64,000 nt of DNA from Candidatus Latescibacterota bacterium (GTDB taxonomy: Bacteria; Latescibacterota; UBA2968; GCA-2709665). Shown here in pieces: positions 51,690-61,656 of this stretch; the first letter of the stretch is position 1; each line of letters opens with the position of its first letter. The stretch is from positions 384,001-448,000 of the forward strand of contig CBDDDZ010000003.1 in NCBI GenBank assembly GCA_965226795.1, in the 5' to 3' direction. The notes below the pieces were generated by a model. It had not been told where the DNA came from and searched no databases. It saw only the letters and a list, made by a program, of their open reading frames with translations. A program made the translations under genes and the position numbers.

Positions 51690-54023
51690 CTACGGCTCCA
51701 GGACCTGCCGTGTTTCCGCCTCGGAAACAATGGTCTCCCATTCCCACAGTTGAGGTATATACCCCACGTCGGCCCAGAGTCGGGCCTGATCCGAATAGTG
51801 TGGGCTTCCGGGATGTCCCGAGGCCCCCAGCGGCACGATCCACCGGGAATTGCTCCAGTTCGACGGATCGTGTATATATCGGTTCACCGACATCCCCGTC
51901 GCAATAAAGGGTTCGCTCACGTCGTACCCGCCGGCCAGCGGCACGTCCCCATCCCCATGCGTTGGCATGCAGGGCGGATCGAGAAGCCGTGCGCATTCCG
52001 GAAAAACCCGCGAGAGCGGATGCCTCGGCCGCGTATGGTGGACTCGCCCCCACCGCCATTCCGACATATCTTCTCCCAGTCGTCCTTTGAGGTCCGCGAC
52101 GGCCCGCCGGAGACTCTCAGCCAGCAGGTCTCCCCAACTGCGCCCTTCCGGCAACATCGACCCGTCTCCGCGCTCGATACCCAGGATCATCTCCAGAACG
52201 ATCAAACGGATATGCGATTCGGCTCCTGAAGCCCCCGCAAGTGCCGGCGCCGCCATGTCGCCGAGCAGATGCTCCGCCAGCATCCGGGTTGCGCACAGAC
52301 GGGCCTGCGAATAAATCGTCGGCTGCGCCAGATCTCGATCCATGCGATAGTCCCACTGGCTCAGAAGCGCCAGGGCCCGCTGCGAATCCGCGTCCGGAGG
52401 ATGTATCTCGAGGAGCGCGTTGGTAAAAATCCGCGCGGGAATGGAGGTCCGGTCGGCGTGCATCCGCGCCATGTCGTCCACGGTCGCCTCCCCGGGTTTC
52501 AGATCCTGAATATCCATTTGAAGCCGTCTTGCCCGGTACTCCGGACTGAAGTACAATCCCACGTAATACGGATAGTTGTGTCCGGCCACGCGCTGGTTGC
52601 ATGTCACCGCGTATCCGGCCTGCGGACGGATCGCCCGGGGCAGATCGTTGTGGGGTATATAGCCCTGCCATTCGTATTCCCCGGTCCACCCCGGCACGGC
52701 CCGCCAGCCGTTGGCCTCCGTGCGAATGGGGATCTTTCCCTCGTGCAGATAGCCGAAATTTCCATGGACGTCCACGACGGCATAGTTGTTCACCCGGTCG
52801 GTCCAGTTCTCAAATGCGTCGTGCAGTTCCTGCACCGTGGTCGCGCGCATCGCGTCGCGGGCGGCATCCAGCCAGGGTGTGCCGTGAATGAGGCCGGGGT
52901 CGCTGATCGCAATTCCGTACCCCGCCTCGGGACTGCCCGCGATTATGGGGCCGTGATGGGTAATGTTCACTTCGATCTCGACGGGCTCCGCGTTCCGGAC
53001 CACGATCGTTTCTTGCAGGACTTCGGCCGGTCTCCACGTCTCCTCGAATTCATACTCCCGGCCCCCGGCCGTTTTCCGGAATCGCTCCACGAAAAGGTCC
53101 TGCGTGTCGGCATTTCCGTAGGTCATCCCCCAGCCCACGTACGCGTTGTGGCAAAAATGCAGGATTCCGGGCATCCCGGGTATCGAAGAGCCGACAATCG
53201 AAAAATCCGGACAGGAAAGATGGACCTGATAGTAGACGCTCGGGGTATCCAGGGCCCGGTGGGAGTCTCCCCCCATCAGTGGCAACCCGGATCGGGTCAG
53301 TTCACCTGAGATCGACCATGCATTGGAACCGGCGTCGGTCTCCTTCAGCCAGTTCACGTCCTCCAGCGCCCTGCCAAGTTCCTCCAGGCCGTCGACGCCA
53401 GGTCCCGTATACACGTCCCCGGGGGGTACGGTGAGCAGATGGCCGCCGGGATACCCCTTGATAATGCGCGCTGCTTTCTCGGGGCCAATTGTGAGAGCCA
53501 GACACGTACGGTAGAGTTTCGGCTCGAAGGTCCCCAACAGCGTATTGCGCATCTTGTAGACGGCAATACAGTGCCAGTTCTCCCAGGGTTCGGGCGTCAT
53601 GTCCAGAAGTCCGTATTCGACCGGATACACCGAAGTCGTTTCCACAAACGCGTTCACGCCCGCGGTATAGGCGTCCACCATCGCCCTCGCGTCCGCGCCC
53701 GCCGCCTCGTAGTCGAGCCTGGCCGTTCGGCCCATTCCCGCCGTTCGCAACAGCCGATCCTGGGCTACGCCCTCCGGGCCGGCAAGTTCCGCCCATCTCC
53801 CCAGCGCCCGGTACCGGTCGTAATCCATGTGCCAGAGCCGGTCCTGAGCCGTGGCGAAACCCTGAGCGAAGAAGAGGTCGTGTTCGTTCTCCGCCAGAAT
53901 GTGCGGAATGCCCCACCGATCGCGATCAATCGTCGCTGCGTCGATCAAGCCGGACAGACGGAGCGTGGATGTCATATCCGGCAGCGCGGCGGCCAGGTCG
54001 GCTTCTGTAAGTTCTACACCCAT
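51690..54023 (-). CDS. Penicillin acylase family Ntn hydrolase (cytoplasmic)
   Basis: RDRWGIPHI, AQDRLW, GSNAW nucleophile site, GASGHPGSPHY.DQ. Confidence 0.93.
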   Translation of the reverse strand: MGVELTEADLAAALPDMTSTLRLSGLIDAATIDRDRWGIPHILAENEHDLFFAQGFATAQDRLWHMDYDRYRALGRWAELAGPEGVAQDRLLRTAGMGRTARLDYEAAGADARAMVDAYTAGVNAFVETTSVYPVEYGLLDMTPEPWENWHCIAVYKMRNTLLGTFEPKLYRTCLALTIGPEKAARIIKGYPGGHLLTVPPGDVYTGPGVDGLEELGRALEDVNWLKETDAGSNAWSISGELTRSGLPLMGGDSHRALDTPSVYYQVHLSCPDFSIVGSSIPGMPGILHFCHNAYVGWGMTYGNADTQDLFVERFRKTAGGREYEFEETWRPAEVLQETIVVRNAEPVEIEVNITHHGPIIAGSPEAGYGIAISDPGLIHGTPWLDAARDAMRATTVQELHDAFENWTDRVNNYAVVDVHGNFGYLHEGKIPIRTEANGWRAVPGWTGEYEWQGYIPHNDLPRAIRPQAGYAVTCNQRVAGHNYPYYVGLYFSPEYRARRLQMDIQDLKPGEATVDDMARMHADRTSIPARIFTNALLEIHPPDADSQRALALLSQWDYRMDRDLAQPTIYSQARLCATRMLAEHLLGDMAAPALAGASGAESHIRLIVLEMILGIERGDGSMLPEGRSWGDLLAESLRRAVADLKGRLGEDMSEWRWGRVHHTRPRHPLSRVFPECARLLDPPCMPTHGDGDVPLAGGYDVSEPFIATGMSVNRYIHDPSNWSNSRWIVPLGASGHPGSPHYSDQARLWADVGYIPQLWEWETIVSEAETRQVLEP

Positions 54024-54268
54024 GATTATTCCTCGTCAATGGCGATCATCGTGGAACCGTGGAGTACCCCGTTTATGCCGGATGTAACGATGCCTAACGG
54101 CGTGGAACATAGACACAAACAGCGTCGGGTTTTCCGGACCGGTCGCTTTCGCCTCAGGCAACAACGCGGCGACGATGAGAAACTTCACCTCTCCCACCCT
54201 CGAATGATTCAATGCCTGAACCGGTTTCCCCGTTTCTTTGCGCCTTTGTGCGAGAATGATATGGAGTT

Positions 54269-55108
54269 CTAACCGGGCGCCACGTCGCAGAGCCACCGTT
54301 GAACCGCCTCCGAAAAGCCGTCCGCGTTGTGGTCTGGTACCACCGGAAACCGTTCTCTCAAGGGTTCGGGGGCATTCTGCACGACGAATGGAAACCCGCA
54401 CCACTCCAACATATCCGAGTCGTTGTAGTCGTTTCCGACGGCAGCGGAGCGACCGGCATCCACGCCCAGGCGCTCGCACAGCCTGTCCGCCGACCGGGCC
54501 TTGGAAACCTGTCTCGGAAAAATCTCGAACCACGTGGACCGGTGGTCCGAAGGAGACGTGGTCCGGATCACCGAAAGGTCCGTCAATGCGTTCGAGAGCG
54601 CGTCATGGGCGCGCCACGGATCCGCGTCGCTGGGACAGACCACCAGGAACTGCGAAGCCCGGCCGTGCCGTGGACAACCGGGATTCAGCGGACGGCAGAA
54701 CTCCGCGTTGTATTGACGCCTGCGTAAAAAATCGGGATTGTGCTCGTTCTGTTCCCAGTACTCGAACGTATGGTTCTCCGGAACCGGCGCGTGAACCATA
54801 AAATCGAAACCGCTATCGATAAGATAGTCGGTAACGCGGTGCACGACTCCGGCGGAAAGGGAATGGGATTCCACAAGCGTCTGATCCCGGAAATCGAAAA
54901 CACCGACCCCCGACGAGGTAATCAGAAAATCGATCGGGAAGGTGTCCGGCAAGACGGTCCGCGCCGACACAAGGGACCGACCCGTAACCACCGCCCTCCA
55001 GACGTTCTTGCTCCCCAGCGATTTGAGCGTTTCCAGGCTTCGTGCGCTTGCTCTTCGATCGCTCTGTAACAGCGTTCCGTCCAGATCCGTAAACAAAGCA
55101 AGGATCAT
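54269..55108 (-). CDS. Cof-type HAD hydrolase
   Basis: TDLDGTLL, VTGRS, SKA, GNDYNDSDML. Confidence 0.9.
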   Translation of the reverse strand: MILALFTDLDGTLLQSDRRASARSLETLKSLGSKNVWRAVVTGRSLVSARTVLPDTFPIDFLITSSGVGVFDFRDQTLVESHSLSAGVVHRVTDYLIDSGFDFMVHAPVPENHTFEYWEQNEHNPDFLRRRQYNAEFCRPLNPGCPRHGRASQFLVVCPSDADPWRAHDALSNALTDLSVIRTTSPSDHRSTWFEIFPRQVSKARSADRLCERLGVDAGRSAAVGNDYNDSDMLEWCGFPFVVQNAPEPLRERFPVVPDHNADGFSEAVQRWLCDVAPG

Positions 55109-55190
55109 ATTTTTTTTCTGCGGCTCCAACCCGTGTCTCCATACCTGTACGGCCATTCATTCGCCGGGACTCCGAGGTCTCCCGCGCTCC

Positions 55191-55526
55191 TCACACATCG
55201 GCAATGCGATATGAATACAGCGACGCCTTCCTCATGTAGAACCGGAATCGGGTATAGCCGACGATCGTGTTTACGGCCGGAACCCCATTCCACGACACCA
55301 CATGCTTCACGTCGTCTCCCGTGAACCGGTCGCAGTCCTCGCGACGATGCCGGGCCCAGGGGTTCTCCATCGGATCCAGAACCTCCACGTCGATATATCC
55401 GCCCGGGTCGCACCGTGCGTTGATGATGAGTTTCTCTCCCGTGGAAAACTGCGGCCGCGTGCAAACGATCCCTTCCTGGAGCCCTGCATTCAGCGGGAAT
55501 ATAAAAAAGGCCGGAAGAAAACGCAT
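55191..55526 (-). pseudogene. Isolated C-terminal beta-sandwich fragment of a larger hydrolase-like protein
   Basis: GEKLIINA..GGYIDVEVLD..FTGDDVKHVVSW..RFYMRKASLYSY; no convincing N-terminus. Confidence 0.4.
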
Positions 55527-55649
55527 AATCGATTCGCTTCCGGATTTCCGCTGGCGATTCCAAACAAAAACGGCGCACCACCGTGCGCCGTCACCTTCGT
55601 AAATCCTCTTACTCGTTTTCAGTTCACGCGAATCCTATCGGCCGTCCGG

Positions 55650-56231
55650 TCAATCCCGGGACCGCTTGCGAAAATACAAAACCCGGTGCAGCGCGGTATA
55701 ATTGGCCAGAAACGCAATCGCCCATATGGCTACAGTAAGACCGATTTCGCCCACCAGCGCTCCCACGCCGATGGCGATGACCCGTTCCGGCCGCTGCATG
55801 AAACCGACCTTGCACTCTTCGCCCAGACCCTCGACACGCGCCCGGATATAGCTGACCATCAAGGAGCCGGCCAGCGCGAAAAATACGGCGGACGTGGTCC
55901 ACAGGGAGTCCGACCGGATAAAGCTGACAGCCACGCCAAACCAGATGAAAATTTCTGAATACCGGTCGACGGTCGAGTCCAGAAGCGCGCCGAAGGTGGT
56001 TTCGCTACGCCCAACGCGAGCCACCTGTCCATCCAGAAAATCGAACACACCGGCAAGCAGCACAACAAAGCCCGCCCATCGGAAGTAATCGATCCCGAAA
56101 AACACCGCCGCAACCAGGTTGAGGATAAACCCAACGAGGGTCAGGACATTCGGCCGGAACCTCTTTTTCACAAGAAACTGCGTGGAGGGTTCGAGCAGTT
56201 CGGCGACGTCGTCTTTAACCTTTTCAATCAC
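55650..56231 (-). CDS. CDP-alcohol phosphatidyltransferase
   Basis: PNVLT, DFLDGQVAR...FGALLDSTVDR motif. Confidence 0.93.
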   Translation of the reverse strand: MIEKVKDDVAELLEPSTQFLVKKRFRPNVLTLVGFILNLVAAVFFGIDYFRWAGFVVLLAGVFDFLDGQVARVGRSETTFGALLDSTVDRYSEIFIWFGVAVSFIRSDSLWTTSAVFFALAGSLMVSYIRARVEGLGEECKVGFMQRPERVIAIGVGALVGEIGLTVAIWAIAFLANYTALHRVLYFRKRSRD

Positions 56232-56558
56232 GGGCCAGCATTCCCCATCGGCCGGGATATTGCATTTCCGGGCAGAGCACTACCGAATTTTTTCGAAATA
56301 TAGAATAATCGAAGGGGGGTAGCAAGGGAAATCTTCGATCCCGAAGGCGGTTCCGATCGACGGATTTCCGCGTGTGGACAGGGGAGGGGCCAGTTCGAAG
56401 ACCCCCGGTATCGGTCGTGTATGTGGGTTGATCTTTCCTCGTCGCTGCCCGGGAACTGCTCACGCGAAGCGTTCGCATCCGACGTGGTTTCGAGCGCGAT
56501 CCGGTGGCGATGGTCAGGAACATGGAAATCGCGTCACGCACAACGCGTCGCCGGCCGG

Positions 56559-57219
56559 CCGGTGGTTGGGTGAGTCGGCGGATTTCCCCACGTATTTTCC
56601 ACATACTGGTGCCATAGCCTGAGGATAACTCGCGAGTCTAATGAGTTAAATAACATAAAAACAATTGTTTTAGTTATAAACATCTACTTTTGTACAGTTA
56701 TTCAGGGATGTGGATTACCGCGCGTTGCTCCCCGCAGGGGATATGCCGGTGCTCGTTTCGTCGTCCTTATCCCTTGACCGGTGGTTGGGTGAGTCGGCGG
56801 ATTTCCCCACGTATTTTCCACATACTGGTGCCATAGCCTGAGGATAACTCGCGAGTCTAATGAGTTAAATAACATAAAAACAATTGTTTTAGTTATAAAC
56901 ATCTACTTTTGTACAGTTATTCAGGGATGTGGATTACCGCGCGTTGCTCCCCGCAGGGGATATGCCGGTGCTCGTTTCGTCGTCCTTATCCCTTGACCGG
57001 TGGTTGGGTGAGTCGGCGGATTTCCCCACGTATTTTCCACATACTGGTGCCATAGCCTGAGGATAACTCGCGAGTCTAATGAGTTAAATAACATAAAAAC
57101 AATTGTTTTAGTTATAAACATCTACTTTTGTACAGTTATTCAGGGATGTGGATTACCGCGCGTTGCTCCCCGCAGGGGATATGCCGGTGCTCGTTTCGTC
57201 GTCCTTATCCCTTGACCGG
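56559..57219. repeat. Exact tandem triplication, 219-bp unit, oriC-like
   Basis: Units start at 56559, 56778 and 56997. Each has DnaA-box-like 9-mers and an AT-rich core, and the junctions share CCGG. Confidence 0.95.
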
Positions 57220-57295
57220 AGACGGCCGGCATGTTATTCTTCGCACCCTGTTCGGCAGGACGACGTCATCCTTCAAACGAAAGGTAACCCTTATT

Positions 57296-58153
57296 ATGCG
57301 ACTGCTCACCTTTGATTGCCAGGGAGCACGACGCGTGGGTGTCAGGTCGGGAGATACGATCGTGGACGTGAACCGTGTCGATCCCGACATCCCCCCGGAT
57401 CTCCTAAGCCTGCTGGAGGCGGGGCCGGCCGCGCTGGAAGCGGCGCGAGAGGCGGCAGAGGGAGGCGAAGGCATCGACGCCGGTGGCGTCCATGTGGCGG
57501 CGCCCATCCAGAATCCGGAAAAGATCCTCTGCATCGGCCTCAACTATGCGGACCACGCCGCCGAAAGCAATATGCCCATTCCCTCCGAGCCGGTGGTATT
57601 TTCCAAGTTCTCTTCCACGATTATCGGTCCCGGCGATGCGATCCGCCTGCCGTCAGTGACGCGGTCTATCGACTATGAGGTCGAACTGGTGGTTGTCATC
57701 GGGACGGCAGGAAAGGATATATCGGAATCCGACGCGATGGACCATGTCGCGGGCTATACCGTGGGCCACGACGTGAGCGCGCGGGACTTCCAGCTTGAAA
57801 AACCTGGCGGGCAATGGCTGTTGGGCAAGACCTTCGACACCTTCGCGCCGCTGGGACCGGATATTGTCACCCCCGACGAGGTCGACGATCCGCACAACCT
57901 GGGTATACGGTGTATCCTGAACGGCCAAACCGTTCAGGACTCGAATACGGAACAGCTGATTTTCAAGATCGACCAACTGATCGCCTACCTGTCCCGGGTT
58001 GTCACTCTCCAGCCCGGCGACCTGATCTTCACGGGCACGCCACCCGGAGTCGGAATGGCCCGCCGGCCGCAACTCTGGCTGCGAGCCGGGGACACCGTGG
58101 TTTGTGAAGTCGACGGCATCGGCAGGCTTGAGAATCCGGTTGTTTCCGGCTGA
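57296..58153 (+). CDS. Fumarylacetoacetate hydrolase family protein
   Basis: KILCIGLNYADH, DYEVEL, HDVSARD, GKTFDTF, TGTPPGVG. Confidence 0.95.
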   Translation: MRLLTFDCQGARRVGVRSGDTIVDVNRVDPDIPPDLLSLLEAGPAALEAAREAAEGGEGIDAGGVHVAAPIQNPEKILCIGLNYADHAAESNMPIPSEPVVFSKFSSTIIGPGDAIRLPSVTRSIDYEVELVVVIGTAGKDISESDAMDHVAGYTVGHDVSARDFQLEKPGGQWLLGKTFDTFAPLGPDIVTPDEVDDPHNLGIRCILNGQTVQDSNTEQLIFKIDQLIAYLSRVVTLQPGDLIFTGTPPGVGMARRPQLWLRAGDTVVCEVDGIGRLENPVVSG

Positions 58154-58312
58154 CGGATTCGAGGTCGAAAAACCGGGGTCGCTGCGGTGGCCCCGACAAC
58201 CTCTGGAATCATGCCGAAGCCTGTCGCCCCCGTGGTCCCGCAGACACGGCGGCTCTCATACTTGAACCGGTATAGCGTGTCGTTATCTGATGTATAAACC
58301 GATTTTTTGTGG

Positions 58313-58344
58313 TCAACTTACACACACGAGTGTGTGTAAGTTGA
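58313..58344. promoter_or_regulatory. Perfect 15-bp inverted repeat, candidate operator
   Basis: TCAACTTACACACAC-GA-GTGTGTGTAAGTTGA, 60 bp upstream of the HTH-mutase ATG. Confidence 0.75.
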
Positions 58345-58404
58345 GGCGCGGTGTCGCAATCGTACTTTCAGTGTCGCAGTATCCCCTTAACGGAGGCTTC
58401 GCGG

Positions 58405-60246
58405 ATGAATTTCGGCGATATGATCGAGAGGGCGCGCAGGGGCAGGTTCAGCCAGGAGGGGCTGGGCGAAAGGATCGGCGTCTGGGGCACCTACATTGGA
58501 CAGATCGAGAGCGGGAAGCGAATTCCTTCGGATGAGCGATGCCTGGACCTGGCGGCCATTCTTGACCTGGACCCCAGGGCGCTTCTGATACAGGCTTACA
58601 GGCAGCGCGCCCACACAAAAGAGGCCAGGCGCCTTTTTGACCGGATGGCGAGGTTGCTTTCGGATCCGCCCGTGAGCTGGCGGAAGGCGGATGGCATCGC
58701 GGGCGACGACCACCAACCGGCCAGTGTAGAACAGGGAGATATCCTGGCGGAACGGATCGGTCGCGCGGGTGAGCCGCCCTTCACCCGCGGCGCCTACCGG
58801 TCGATGTATCGTGGGCGCCTCTGGACCCTTCGCCAGTACGCGGGATTCTCCACCCCGGCGGAGACAAACGCCCGGTTTCGCGCTCTGCTTGCCGGGGGCC
58901 AGACCGGCCTGAGCGTGGCCTTCGACCTGCCCACGCAGATGGGCTACGACTCGGACCATCCTGTCGCGGAGGGAGAAGTGGGCAGGGTGGGGGTGGCAGT
59001 CGACGGCCTGTGGGATCTGGAAGCCCTGTTTGATGGTATCCCCCTGGACCGCATCAGCACTTCCATGACAATCAATGCGACGGCGTGCATCCTGTTCGCG
59101 TTCTACGCGGGCCTACGAAAAAAGTGCGGGCTGCCTTCATCGGTGCTTACCGGCACGGTCCAGAACGACATTCTCAAGGAATATGTTTCACGTGGAACAT
59201 ATATCTTCCCCATCGCCGACTCGATGCGCATGGTTGTGGATCTGATGGGCTATTGTCTCCGGGAGGCGCCGAAGTGGAATCCCATCAGCGTCAGCGGGTA
59301 CCACATGAGAGAAGCGGGCGCAACCGCCGCCCAGGAGCTTGGTTTCACGCTCGCCCACGCCCTGTCGTATGCCGATGCCACCAGGGACGCCGGCCTCGAA
59401 CTGGAGCGGATCCTTCCGAAATTCTCCTTCTTTTTTGGCGTCCACAACCATTTCCTTGAAGAAGTCGCCAAATTCCGGGCCGCCAGGCGACTCTGGAGCC
59501 GCCTCGTCGAGGAACGCCTGGGTGTCGGGGACCCGCGCTGCAGGCGACTGAGATTTCACGCCCAGACCGCCGGCTCCACACTCACGGCGCAGCAGCCGTT
59601 GAACAACTGCGCGCGGACCACGCTGCAGGCGCTGGCCGCCGTGCTGGGCGGCGCCCAGTCCCTGCACGTCAACGCCTACGACGAAGCGCTCGGCCTGCCG
59701 TCGGAAACGGGAGCGCAACTGGCCGTCCGTACCCAGCAGATCCTCGCCTGTGAAAGCGGCATCCCCGACACCGTCGATCCGATGGGCGGGTCGTTTGCGG
59801 TCGAGAAAATGACCGATGAACTGGAGGAGGAAGCCATTGCCGTTCTCGAGTCGGTCGACCGGGAGGGGGGGGCCACGCTGGCCGCCGCGAACGGCTTCAC
59901 AGCAGCCTGTATCGCGGATTCCGCATACGATACGCAGAAGAAGATTGAATCCGGTGAAACGGTCGTGGTGGGGGTGAACCGGTATCAGGAGGCTGCGGAT
60001 CCACCTGCTTCCGTATTCGAGCCCCCACAGGACACGGAGCATACACAGAAAGGTGGGCTGGCGCGGGCCCGGAACCTGCGGGATTCCGATGCGACGAATG
60101 CTGCGCTGGACAAAGTCGCACGTCGGGCTCGGGGGAAAGGGTCGATCACGGAGGCGGTCGTGGCGGCGGGGATGGCCGGCGCAACGGTGGGCGAGATTTC
60201 GGACAGGCTGCGCGCGGTTTTTGGATCCTACAGACCCGGAGGGTAA
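58405..60246 (+). CDS. XRE-HTH fused to a methylmalonyl-CoA mutase substrate-binding subunit
   Basis: HTH SQEGLGERIGVWGTYIGQIESGKRIPS; mutase PFTRG, RQYAGF, GLSVAFDLPT, QNDILKE, SGYHMREAG, HAQTAG; no DxHxxG B12-binding domain. Confidence 0.88.
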   Translation: MNFGDMIERARRGRFSQEGLGERIGVWGTYIGQIESGKRIPSDERCLDLAAILDLDPRALLIQAYRQRAHTKEARRLFDRMARLLSDPPVSWRKADGIAGDDHQPASVEQGDILAERIGRAGEPPFTRGAYRSMYRGRLWTLRQYAGFSTPAETNARFRALLAGGQTGLSVAFDLPTQMGYDSDHPVAEGEVGRVGVAVDGLWDLEALFDGIPLDRISTSMTINATACILFAFYAGLRKKCGLPSSVLTGTVQNDILKEYVSRGTYIFPIADSMRMVVDLMGYCLREAPKWNPISVSGYHMREAGATAAQELGFTLAHALSYADATRDAGLELERILPKFSFFFGVHNHFLEEVAKFRAARRLWSRLVEERLGVGDPRCRRLRFHAQTAGSTLTAQQPLNNCARTTLQALAAVLGGAQSLHVNAYDEALGLPSETGAQLAVRTQQILACESGIPDTVDPMGGSFAVEKMTDELEEEAIAVLESVDREGGATLAAANGFTAACIADSAYDTQKKIESGETVVVGVNRYQEAADPPASVFEPPQDTEHTQKGGLARARNLRDSDATNAALDKVARRARGKGSITEAVVAAGMAGATVGEISDRLRAVFGSYRPGG

Positions 60247-60248
60247 CC

Positions 60249-60647
60249 GTGGACGGATGCGTGGATCATGTTGGCATTGCGGTTGACGAGATTGACAGGG
60301 CTCTGGCTGTCTATTCCATGCTCGGGTTCGAAAAGATGGAAGAAGAGACTGTGGAAGCGGAAGGCGTTCGAGCCGTATTTCTCGGCGGCGCCGGCCTCAC
60401 ACGGATCGAACTCCTCGAACCACTGGACGAGCGGAGTTCCCTGGCGAGATTCATTTCCGGACGGGGGCAGGGTCTACACCACATCGCGTTCCGCGTGAAG
60501 AATGTCGAAGCGGCCGTCTCAACCTGCAAAGTCGACGGGCTCAAGATCGCCGGCGAAGTCCGGACAGGCGCCCTCGGAAGGCCTGTGGCGTTCATGCATC
60601 CCAAAAGCGCATCGGGCGTACTGATCGAACTCGTTCAGGCCGCTTGA
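60249..60647 (+). CDS. mce: Methylmalonyl-CoA epimerase
   Basis: DHVGIAV, IELLEP, GLHHIAF, FMHPK..GVLIEL. Confidence 0.92.
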   Translation: MDGCVDHVGIAVDEIDRALAVYSMLGFEKMEEETVEAEGVRAVFLGGAGLTRIELLEPLDERSSLARFISGRGQGLHHIAFRVKNVEAAVSTCKVDGLKIAGEVRTGALGRPVAFMHPKSASGVLIELVQAA

Positions 60648-61295
60648 TCATGCGCCCCGGGCGGAGACCCTCACAAGGATCGTGTTCCTTTGGTGCGCTT
60701 CGGGGGCCATGGATTCTATGGACACGACGGAGCCATCGCCTCCGAATTCCTCTACTTCCCGGTAGGCGCCGGAACCCTTCAGTGCAAATAATTCTCCATC
60801 TCTTTTGAGGAATCCTGACGACAGGCGCCAAAGGAAGGGCAGGGCGCCGACCGCGCGCGCCGTTACAACGTCGTACCGTCCGCGATGCTCGACACGCTCG
60901 CAGGCAGCCTCAGCGCGGTCGGTTAAAACGGACAGCCCGTCCATCTCGAGTTCATCCGCCAGGTGGTTCAGGAAAAGACCCTTCATTCGTAACGACTCCA
61001 GAAGCACGACGTTTATTTCCGGGCGGGCGATCTTGAGCGGCACGCCCGGTAAACCCGCACCCGATCCCAGGTCCAGCAGCGAAATCGGCCCGGGGGGCAG
61101 AAAGGGCGTCACCCTCAAACTGTCAATTATGTGGCGCTCTCTGATTTTGTCCCGATCCCCTCGGGAAACCAGTCGCACCCGTTCGGACCATGACCTGAGC
61201 AGCGACTCATATCGATAAAACTGCGCCGCCTGTTCTTCTGACAACGCAACTGATAAAGCCTCCTCCGCAGCTGCCAGGAATTCCCGATCGGTCAC
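60648..61295 (-). CDS. rsmG: 16S rRNA m7G527 methyltransferase
   Basis: RHIIDSL, DLGSGAGLPG, TARAV, ALKG. Confidence 0.95.
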   Translation of the reverse strand: MTDREFLAAAEEALSVALSEEQAAQFYRYESLLRSWSERVRLVSRGDRDKIRERHIIDSLRVTPFLPPGPISLLDLGSGAGLPGVPLKIARPEINVVLLESLRMKGLFLNHLADELEMDGLSVLTDRAEAACERVEHRGRYDVVTARAVGALPFLWRLSSGFLKRDGELFALKGSGAYREVEEFGGDGSVVSIESMAPEAHQRNTILVRVSARGA

Positions 61296-61351
61296 GGCTC
61301 CTCCACACGCGCCCGGTAACGCAACCCGCAGATTTCTCCGGCAGAATCCGA

Positions 61352-61367
61352 ATTTTCACGTGGAACA
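61352..61367. other. parS-like site
   Basis: ATTTTCACGTGGAACA matches TGTTNCACGTGAAACA (reverse complement) at 14/16 positions; intergenic between mnmE and rsmG. Confidence 0.6.
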
Positions 61368-61473
61368 TCAGCGATTTGCTTTCAGCTTAAAACAAAAACA
61401 GCTATCAGCTGTCAGCTTAAACCGGTTGGCGATACGGCCGTGCGATATCAATCACCGATATCTGCGCCATTAT

Positions 61474-61500
61474 GTGGGCGACACTGAGAGTCGCCCCTAC
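61474..61500. repeat. GTAG-family REP-like palindrome
   Basis: GGGCGAC-ACTGAGA-GTCGCCC-CTAC. Confidence 0.55.
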
Positions 61501-61656
61501 AAAATCAACAGCGGCGAGGACCAAAGCATACAGCCAAAGGCCGTTCAATCGCCAATCCTGGCGGCGGTCCTTCCAGGTCACCGCCCGCCCGGTTGTAGGG
61601 ATGGGGATTTTCCGCGTCAATCCGTCTAACACCTCTTACCTCTCACGGCCTCTCAG

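Noticed and set aside
56559..57219. CRISPR array, or repeated 66-aa genes (MFITKTIVF...)
   Set aside because: The units are identical 219-mers with no unique spacers and no cas genes. The ORFs are by-products of the repeat.
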